Positions 56,546-64,000 of a DNA stretch of 64,000 nucleotides are shown one piece after another. A program made the translations under genes and the position numbers. Position 1 is the stretch's first letter; each line of letters begins with the position of its first letter. This stretch comes from Escherichia coli (GTDB lineage: Bacteria > Pseudomonadota > Gammaproteobacteria > Enterobacterales > Enterobacteriaceae): assembly GCF_016026235.1 (NCBI RefSeq), contig NZ_CP065613.1; one strand, 5' to 3'. The notes beneath the pieces are model-generated. The model searched no databases. It saw nothing but the letters and a program-made list of their open reading frames with translations, and had not been told where the DNA came from.

Positions 56546-57013
56546 TCAACCTACCATATAGGTGGCGGTGGCACTGGCAATATAAAGCTGTTCTTCATTG
56601 TGTAATTCAACGCGGGCGACGGCGACTTTATTGCCTGCACGCAACAGACTACTGGTAGCAGTAAAACGCTCGCCCCTGCCTGGGCGCAGATAATCAACGC
56701 GAAGATCAATGGTCCCCATCCGCGATAGCCGCTGGCGTAGTTCATCTTCACTGATGGTTTCGTGGCGGGTTAAGGTACTTCCCACGCACACCAGACCTGC
56801 GGCGACATCCAGCGCCGACGCAATGACCCCGCCGTGCAAAATGCTTTGCGCCCAGTTACCCACCATCATTGGCTGATTTTTAAAGGCCAGCTGTGCGAAC
56901 TCTTTTTCGTAACGCTCCAGCTCCATCCCTAACGCGCGGTTAAATGGCATGTGATAAACAAACATCTCACCCACTAATTTCAGGGCTTGTTCAGCGGTCA
57001 GTACGGCAGACAT
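56546..57013 (-). CDS. yigI: hotdog-fold thioesterase YigI
   Basis: Track ORF 56546..57031; start placed at [24 protein letters not shown] (155 aa). Confidence 0.85.
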   Translation of the reverse strand: MSAVLTAEQALKLVGEMFVYHMPFNRALGMELERYEKEFAQLAFKNQPMMVGNWAQSILHGGVIASALDVAAGLVCVGSTLTRHETISEDELRQRLSRMGTIDLRVDYLRPGRGERFTATSSLLRAGNKVAVARVELHNEEQLYIASATATYMVG

Positions 57014-57177
57014 ATCATCCTTACACTTCATTGGTTAATGAAATGTTGATTTTATGCTTCTTTGTTGTTGGTTTCTACTTTAGGAAGGGATAACTAACGG
57101 CTATGGAGTTAAGTATGTAAAATAGCCCGCAGAAAAATATTCACCTTATCAATAATTCGTTACGGAGAACACGACCG

Positions 57178-58047
57178 ATGCGGACTCTGCAGGGCTGGTT
57201 GTTGCCGGTGTTTATGTTGCCTATGGCAGTATATGCACAAGAGGCAACGGTGAAAGAGGTGCATGACGCGCCAGCGGTGCGTGGCAGTATTATCGCCAAT
57301 ATGCTGCAGGAGCATGACAATCCGTTCACGCTCTATCCTTATGACACCAACTACCTCATCTACACACAAACCAGCGATCTGAATAAAGAAGCGATTGCCA
57401 GTTACGACTGGGCGGAAAATGCGCGTAAGGATGAAGTAAAGTTTCAGTTGAGCCTGGCATTTCCGCTGTGGCGTGGGATTTTAGGCCCGAACTCGGTGTT
57501 GGGTGCGTCTTATACGCAAAAATCCTGGTGGCAACTGTCCAATAGCGAAGAGTCTTCACCGTTTCGTGAAACCAACTACGAACCGCAATTGTTTCTCGGT
57601 TTTGCCACCGATTACCGTTTTGCAGGCTGGACGTTGCGCGATGTAGAGATGGGGTATAACCACGACTCTAACGGGCGTTCAGACCCGACCTCCCGCAGCT
57701 GGAACCGCCTTTATACTCGCCTGATGGCAGAAAACGGTAACTGGCTGGTAGAAGTGAAGCCGTGGTATGTGGTGGGTAATACTGACGATAACCCGGATAT
57801 CACCAAATATATGGGTTACTACCAGCTTAAAATCGGCTATCACCTCGGTGATGCGGTGTTGAGTGCGAAAGGACAGTACAACTGGAACACCGGCTACGGC
57901 GGCGCGGAGTTAGGCTTAAGTTACCCGATCACCAAACATGTGCGCCTTTATACTCAGGTTTACAGCGGCTATGGCGAATCGCTCATCGACTATAACTTCA
58001 ACCAGACCCGTGTCGGTGTGGGGGTTATGCTAAACGATTTGTTTTGA
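57178..58047 (+). CDS. pldA: outer-membrane phospholipase A
   Basis: 289-aa ORF MRTLQGWLLPVFMLPMAVYAQEATVKEVHDAPAVRGSIIANMLQ... with signal peptide. Confidence 0.95.
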   Translation: MRTLQGWLLPVFMLPMAVYAQEATVKEVHDAPAVRGSIIANMLQEHDNPFTLYPYDTNYLIYTQTSDLNKEAIASYDWAENARKDEVKFQLSLAFPLWRGILGPNSVLGASYTQKSWWQLSNSEESSPFRETNYEPQLFLGFATDYRFAGWTLRDVEMGYNHDSNGRSDPTSRSWNRLYTRLMAENGNWLVEVKPWYVVGNTDDNPDITKYMGYYQLKIGYHLGDAVLSAKGQYNWNTGYGGAELGLSYPITKHVRLYTQVYSGYGESLIDYNFNQTRVGVGVMLNDLF

Positions 58048-58130
58048 TGAACGGTTGAGTGGTTGGCAAATCTGGAATCCAGCATCCAGGATTACCCTCT
58101 CAGAGACTAAAAGCATTGCAGTTTCTCGCG

Positions 58131-58161
58131 CAGGCGCTGAAAATAGCGCCTGTTTTTATTT
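58131..58161 (+). terminator. pldA terminator
   Basis: CAGGCGCTGAAAATAGCGCCTG hairpin followed by TTTTTATTT. Confidence 0.75.
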
Positions 58162-58179
58162 CAGGCAATCGGGGTGAAT

Positions 58180-60009
58180 GTGGCGCAGGCGGAAGTGTTG
58201 AATCTGGAGTCCGGAGCTAAACAGGTTTTACAAGAAACCTTTGGCTACCAACAGTTTCGCCCCGGCCAGGAAGAAATTATCGACACTGTGCTTTCCGGTC
58301 GCGATTGCCTGGTCGTCATGCCCACCGGTGGCGGAAAATCCCTTTGCTATCAAATTCCTGCCTTATTGCTAAACGGCCTTACCGTGGTTGTTTCACCGCT
58401 GATTTCGTTGATGAAAGATCAGGTGGATCAACTGCAAGCCAACGGCGTGGCGGCGGCGTGCCTTAACTCGACGCAAACCCGCGAACAGCAACTTGAAGTG
58501 ATGACAGGCTGCCGCACCGGGCAAATTCGTCTGCTTTATATCGCCCCGGAACGCCTGATGCTGGATAACTTTCTTGAGCATCTGGCGCACTGGAATCCGG
58601 TGTTATTAGCCGTTGATGAAGCGCACTGTATCTCCCAATGGGGCCACGATTTCCGCCCGGAATATGCCGCGCTCGGTCAGTTGCGCCAGCGGTTCCCGAC
58701 GCTGCCGTTTATGGCGCTGACCGCCACAGCCGACGACACCACGCGCCAGGATATCGTGCGCCTGCTGGGGCTGAACGATCCGCTGATTCAAATCAGCAGT
58801 TTTGACCGTCCGAATATTCGCTACATGCTGATGGAGAAGTTCAAACCGCTCGATCAGTTGATGCGCTACGTGCAGGAACAGCGCGGTAAGTCCGGCATTA
58901 TCTACTGCAACAGCCGGGCGAAAGTAGAAGACACCGCTGCGCGCCTGCAAAGCAAGGGTATTAGCGCGGCGGCCTATCATGCCGGGCTGGAAAATAATGT
59001 CCGCGCCGACGTGCAGGAGAAATTCCAGCGCGATGACCTGCAAATTGTGGTGGCGACGGTGGCGTTCGGCATGGGCATCAATAAACCAAACGTTCGCTTC
59101 GTGGTCCACTTTGATATTCCGCGCAATATCGAATCCTATTATCAGGAAACCGGTCGCGCCGGGCGTGATGGCCTGCCCGCGGAAGCGATGCTGTTTTACG
59201 ATCCGGCCGATATGGCGTGGCTGCGCCGTTGTCTGGAAGAGAAGCCGCAGGGGCAGTTGCAGGATATCGAACGTCATAAACTCAATGCGATGGGCGCTTT
59301 TGCCGAAGCGCAAACTTGCCGTCGTCTGGTACTGCTGAACTATTTTGGCGAAGGGCGTCAGGAGCCGTGCGGGAACTGCGATATCTGCCTCGATCCGCCG
59401 AAACAGTACGACGGTTCAACCGATGCTCAGATTGCCCTTTCCACCATTGGTCGTGTGAATCAGCGTTTTGGTATGGGCTATGTGGTGGAAGTGATTCGCG
59501 GCGCTAATAACCAGCGTATCCGCGACTATGGTCATGACAAACTAAAAGTCTACGGTATGGGCCGTGATAAAAGTCATGAACATTGGGTGAGCGTGATCCG
59601 CCAGCTGATTCACCTCGGTCTGGTGACGCAAAATATTGCCCAGCATTCTGCCCTACAACTGACAGAGGCTGCGCGTCCGGTGCTGCGCGGCGAATCCTCT
59701 TTGCAACTTGCCGTGCCGCGTATCGTGGCGCTCAAACCGAAAGCGATGCAGAAATCGTTCGGCGGCAACTATGATCGCAAACTGTTCGCCAAATTACGCA
59801 AACTGCGTAAATCGATAGCCGATGAAAGTAATGTCCCGCCGTACGTGGTGTTTAACGACGCAACCTTGATTGAGATGGCTGAACAGATGCCGATCACCGC
59901 CAGCGAAATGCTCAGCGTTAACGGCGTTGGGATGCGCAAGCTGGAACGCTTTGGCAAACCGTTTATGGCGCTGATTCGTGCGCATGTTGATGGCGATGAC
60001 GAAGAGTAG
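58180..60009 (+). CDS. recQ: ATP-dependent DNA helicase RecQ
   Basis: GTG at 58180 gives [30 protein letters not shown]... (609 aa); track ORF starts two codons earlier at another GTG. Confidence 0.93.
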
Positions 60010-60072
60010 TCAGCAGCATAAAAAAGTGCCAGTATGAAGACTCCGTAAACGTTTCCCCCGCGAGTCAAATGT

Positions 60073-60693
60073 ATGTTGATGTTATTTCTCACCGTCGCCA
60101 TGGTGCACATTGTGGCGCTTATGAGCCCCGGTCCCGATTTCTTTTTTGTCTCTCAGACCGCTGTCAGTCGTTCCCGTAAAGAAGCGATGATGGGCGTGCT
60201 GGGCATTACCTGCGGCGTAATGGTTTGGGCTGGGATTGCGCTGCTTGGCCTGCATTTGATTATCGAAAAAATGGCCTGGCTGCATACGCTGATTATGGTG
60301 GGCGGTGGCCTGTATCTCTGCTGGATGGGTTACCAGATGCTACGCGGTGCACTGAAAAAAGAGGCGGTTTCTGCACCTGCGCCACAGGTCGAGCTGGCGA
60401 AAAGTGGGCGCAGTTTCCTGAAAGGTTTACTGACCAATCTCGCTAATCCGAAAGCGATTATCTACTTTGGCTCGGTGTTCTCATTGTTTGTCGGTGATAA
60501 CGTTGGCACTACCGCGCGCTGGGGCATTTTTGCGCTGATCATTGTCGAAACGCTGGCGTGGTTTACCGTCGTTGCCAGCCTGTTTGCCCTGCCGCAAATG
60601 CGCCGTGGTTATCAACGTCTGGCGAAGTGGATTGATGGTTTTGCCGGGGCGTTATTTGCCGGATTTGGCATTCATTTGATTATTTCGCGGTGA
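60073..60693 (+). CDS. rhtC: threonine efflux protein (LysE/RhtB family)
   Basis: 206-aa membrane ORF MLMLFLTVAMVHIVALMSPGPDFFFV... Confidence 0.92.
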   Translation: MLMLFLTVAMVHIVALMSPGPDFFFVSQTAVSRSRKEAMMGVLGITCGVMVWAGIALLGLHLIIEKMAWLHTLIMVGGGLYLCWMGYQMLRGALKKEAVSAPAPQVELAKSGRSFLKGLLTNLANPKAIIYFGSVFSLFVGDNVGTTARWGIFALIIVETLAWFTVVASLFALPQMRRGYQRLAKWIDGFAGALFAGFGIHLIISR

Positions 60694-60716
60694 TGCCAGA
60701 CGCGTCTTCAGAGTAA

Positions 60717-60746
60717 GTCGGATAAGGCGTTTACGCCGCATCCGAC
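60717..60746. repeat. REP palindromic unit between rhtC and rhtB
   Basis: GTCGGATAAGGCGTTTACGCCGCATCCGAC. Confidence 0.7.
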
Positions 60747-60754
60747 ATTATTTT

Positions 60755-61375
60755 TCACGCATGCCTCGCCGATGCTAACAGCGCTCCCACCAGCATAAAC
60801 AACGAGCCGAAAATCTTATTCAGCGCCTTCATCTGCTTTGGTCCTTTAATCCATAGAGCAATCCGTTGAGCAAGGGTGGCGTAACCGATCATCACAATAA
60901 TATCGACCACAATAGTGGTGACGCCGAGCACGATATACTGCATCAGTTGCGGCTGTTGCGGCATGATGAATTGCGGAAATAGCGCCGCCAGAAACACAAT
61001 ACTTTTGGGATTGGTGAGATTCACAAAAACTGCGCGCTGGAACAAATGTCGACGCGATTGAGTAGAGGCCAGCGATTTAAGGTCAATTGCACCAGCGGCG
61101 CGCCACTGCTGGATTCCCAGCCAAATCAAGTAAGCCGCGCCTGCCCACTTCAACACTTCAAACGCAATCACTGAGCGGGAAAATAGCGTCCCCAACCCCA
61201 CGCCAACCAGCACAATATGAATCGCCAGTCCGGTCTGAAGCCCAGCAATAGACGCCACCGCGCCGCGATAACCGTGGTTGAGCGAGGTGGTCATAGTGTT
61301 GATTGCACCAGAGCCTGGCGACAGGCTTAAAATGATCGATGTCAGCAGGTAGGCAAACCACCATTCTAAGGTCAT
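60755..61375 (-). CDS. rhtB: homoserine/homoserine-lactone efflux protein
   Basis: 206-aa membrane [31 protein letters not shown]... Confidence 0.92.
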
Positions 61376-61485
61376 GATGAACTCCCGGTGTGTCTATTTT
61401 TGTGCCACAATACGCTACTGTCGCAGCGTTGTGTCAGGCACGCTAAAAAAAACGATTTTACGTGGTTTAAGAGGCAGATTACCCG

Positions 61486-62508
61486 ATGTTTCAGCAGCAA
61501 AAAGACTGGGAAACAAGAGAAAACGCGTTTGCTGCTTTTACCATGGGACCGCTGACTGATTTCTGGCGTCAGCGTGATGAAGCAGAGTTTACTGGTGTGG
61601 ATGACATTCCGGTGCGCTTTGTCCGTTTTCGCGCACAGCACCATGACCGGGTGGTAGTCATCTGCCCGGGGCGTATTGAGAGCTACGTAAAATATGCGGA
61701 ACTGGCCTATGACCTGTTCCATTTGGGGTTTGATGTCTTAATCATCGACCATCGCGGGCAGGGACGTTCCGGTCGCCTGTTAGCCGATCCGCATCTCGGG
61801 CATGTTAATCGCTTTAATGATTATGTTGATGATCTGGCGGCATTCTGGCAGCAGGAGGTTCAGCCCGGTCCGTGGCGTAAACGCTATATACTGGCACATT
61901 CGATGGGCGGTGCGATCTCCACATTATTTCTGCAACGCCATCCAGGTGTATGTGACGCCATTGCGCTAACTGCGCCAATGTTTGGGATCGTGATTCGTAT
62001 GCCGTCATTTATGGCACGGCAGATCCTCAACTGGGCCGAAGCGCATCCACGTTTCCGTGATGGCTATGCAATAGGCACCGGGCGCTGGCGCGCGTTGCCG
62101 TTTGCTATCAACGTACTGACCCACAGCAGACAGCGATATCGACGTAACTTACGCTTCTATGCTGATGACCCAACGATTCGCGTCGGTGGGCCGACCTACC
62201 ATTGGGTACGCGAAAGTATTCTGGCTGGCGAACAGGTGTTAGCCGGTGCGGGTGATGACGCCACGCCAACGCTTCTCTTACAAGCTGAAGAGGAACGCGT
62301 GGTGGATAACCGCATGCATGACCGTTTTTGTGAACTCCGCACCGCCGCGGGCCATCCTGTCGAAGGAGGACGACCGTTGGTAATTAAAGGTGCTTACCAT
62401 GAGATCCTTTTTGAAAAGGACGCAATGCGCTCAGTCGCGCTCCACGCCATTGTTGATTTTTTCAACAGGCATAACTCACCCAGCGGAAACCGCTCTACAG
62501 AGGTTTAA
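61486..62508 (+). CDS. pldB: lysophospholipase L2
   Basis: 340-aa ORF with alpha/beta-hydrolase GxSxG (AHSMGG). Confidence 0.93.
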   Translation: MFQQQKDWETRENAFAAFTMGPLTDFWRQRDEAEFTGVDDIPVRFVRFRAQHHDRVVVICPGRIESYVKYAELAYDLFHLGFDVLIIDHRGQGRSGRLLADPHLGHVNRFNDYVDDLAAFWQQEVQPGPWRKRYILAHSMGGAISTLFLQRHPGVCDAIALTAPMFGIVIRMPSFMARQILNWAEAHPRFRDGYAIGTGRWRALPFAINVLTHSRQRYRRNLRFYADDPTIRVGGPTYHWVRESILAGEQVLAGAGDDATPTLLLQAEEERVVDNRMHDRFCELRTAAGHPVEGGRPLVIKGAYHEILFEKDAMRSVALHAIVDFFNRHNSPSGNRSTEV

Positions 62509-62515
62509 ATTTCTT

Positions 62516-63316
62516 ATGTACCAGGTTGTTGCGTCTGATTTAGATGGCACGTTACTTTCTCCCGACCATACGTTATCCCCTTACGCCAAAGAAACTCTGA
62601 AGCTGCTCACCGCGCGCGGCATCAACTTTGTGTTTGCGACCGGTCGTCACCACGTTGATGTGGGGCAAATTCGCGATAATCTGGAGATTAAGTCTTACAT
62701 GATTACCTCCAATGGTGCGCGCGTTCACGATCTGGATGGTAATCTGATTTTTGCTCATAACCTGGATCGCGACATTGCCAGCGATCTGTTTGGCGTAGTC
62801 AACGACAATCCGGACATCATTACTAACGTTTATCGCGACGACGAATGGTTTATGAATCGCCATCGCCCGGAAGAGATGCGCTTTTTTAAAGAAGCGGTGT
62901 TCAAATATGCGCTGTATGAGCCTGGATTACTGGAGCCGGAAGGCGTCAGCAAAGTGTTCTTCACCTGCGATTCCCATGAACAACTGCTGCCGCTGGAGCA
63001 GGCGATTAACGCTCGTTGGGGCGATCGCGTCAACGTCAGTTTCTCTACCTTAACCTGTCTGGAAGTGATGGCGGGCGGCGTTTCAAAAGGCCATGCGCTG
63101 GAAGCGGTGGCGAAGAAACTGGGCTACAGCCTGAAGGATTGTATTGCGTTTGGTGACGGGATGAACGACGCCGAAATGCTGTCGATGGCGGGGAAAGGCT
63201 GCATTATGGGCAGTGCGCACCAGCGTCTGAAAGACCTTCATCCCGAGCTGGAAGTGATTGGTACTAATGCCGACGACGCGGTGCCGCATTATCTGCGTAA
63301 ACTCTATTTATCGTAA
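62516..63316 (+). CDS. yigL: HAD-family sugar-phosphatase YigL
   Basis: ATG at 62516 inside track ORF 62390..63316; MYQVVASDLDGTLLSPDH (HAD motif I), 266 aa. Confidence 0.9.
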   Translation: MYQVVASDLDGTLLSPDHTLSPYAKETLKLLTARGINFVFATGRHHVDVGQIRDNLEIKSYMITSNGARVHDLDGNLIFAHNLDRDIASDLFGVVNDNPDIITNVYRDDEWFMNRHRPEEMRFFKEAVFKYALYEPGLLEPEGVSKVFFTCDSHEQLLPLEQAINARWGDRVNVSFSTLTCLEVMAGGVSKGHALEAVAKKLGYSLKDCIAFGDGMNDAEMLSMAGKGCIMGSAHQRLKDLHPELEVIGTNADDAVPHYLRKLYLS

Positions 63317-63391
63317 TCGTTCTTTATTTGGTCAGTTGTCAACCTGATACTTCGCTACAATGGATACTCGTTAATCAAAGAGTTTTCCATT

Positions 63392-64000
63392 GTGGCGCTA
63401 CTTATCATCACCACGATTCTGTGGGCCTTCTCCTTTAGCTTTTATGGCGAGTACCTTGCGGGGCACGTCGATAGCTATTTTGCGGTGCTGGTGCGCGTTG
63501 GCCTGGCGGCACTCGTTTTTCTGCCGTTTCTGCGTACCCGTGGCAATAGCCTGAAAACAGTCGGCCTGTATATGCTGGTGGGCGCGATGCAGCTTGGCGT
63601 GATGTATATGCTGAGTTTCCGCGCTTATCTCTATCTGACGGTTTCCGAACTGCTGCTGTTCACCGTACTGACGCCGCTCTACATCACGCTGATTTATGAC
63701 ATCATGAGTAAGCGCCGTCTGCGCTGGGGATATGCTTTTAGTGCCTTGTTGGCGGTGATTGGTGCCGGGATTATTCGCTATGATCAGGTCACCGACCATT
63801 TCTGGACTGGCTTGTTGCTGGTGCAACTCTCCAATATCACTTTTGCCATCGGCATGGTGGGTTACAAACGCCTGATGGAAACTCGCCCGATGCCGCAGCA
63901 TAACGCCTTTGCGTGGTTCTATCTTGGCGCGTTCCTGGTGGCGGTAATTGCATGGTTCTTGCTGGGAAATGCGCAGAAAATGCCGCAAACCACGTTGCAA
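63392..64000 (+). CDS. yigM: DMT-family membrane transporter YigM (BioP), 5' part; runs off window end
   Basis: Own translation from GTG 63392: (M)ALLIITTILWAFSFSFYGEYLAGHVDSYFAVLVRVGLAALVFLPF...; no stop before 64000, so absent from the ORF track; synteny after yigL. Confidence 0.75.
   Translation, partial: MALLIITTILWAFSFSFYGEYLAGHVDSYFAVLVRVGLAALVFLPFLRTRGNSLKTVGLYMLVGAMQLGVMYMLSFRAYLYLTVSELLLFTVLTPLYITLIYDIMSKRRLRWGYAFSALLAVIGAGIIRYDQVTDHFWTGLLLVQLSNITFAIGMVGYKRLMETRPMPQHNAFAWFYLGAFLVAVIAWFLLGNAQKMPQTTLQ

Noticed and set aside
58150-58165. CTG...CAG motif upstream of recQ as a possible LexA box
   Set aside because: Spacing is CTG-N9-CAG rather than N10, and the sequence is the T-run/stem of the pldA terminator hairpin.
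63398-64000. 200-aa minus-strand ORF at window end
   Set aside because: Antisense to the yigM frame that starts at GTG 63392 and whose translation is a clear membrane transporter.

Overview
This window reads as an Escherichia coli chromosomal segment in the order yifB' – ilvLXGMEDA / ilvY / ilvC – ppiC – yifN – rep – gpp – rhlB – trxA – rhoL-rho – the complete ECA (wec) cluster – yifK – argX-hisR-leuT-proM tRNA operon – aslB – GlmZ sRNA – hemYXDC – cyaA – cyaY – yifL-dapF-yigA-xerC-yigB – uvrD – yigE – corA – rarD – yigI – pldA – recQ – rhtC/rhtB – pldB – yigL – yigM'. Gene identities are from reading the ORF-track translations against recalled E. coli proteins and synteny; no database search was run. 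The backbone is ordinary core genome, but it is not K-12: ilvG is an intact 548-aa frame, an IS4 copy with a perfect 12-bp target duplication splits yigE, aslA is reduced to a 53-codon 5' stub at a REP/BIME junction, and hemX carries about 14 in-frame hexanucleotide repeats. The best candidate for an undescribed system is a ~1.6-kb AT-rich cassette immediately after corA: two translationally coupled genes of unknown function (284 aa, then a signal-anchored 159 aa), bracketed by two diverged copies of the last ~137 bp of corA. A second accessory-type feature is yifN, a PemK/MazF-fold toxin-like gene with no adjacent antitoxin ORF.
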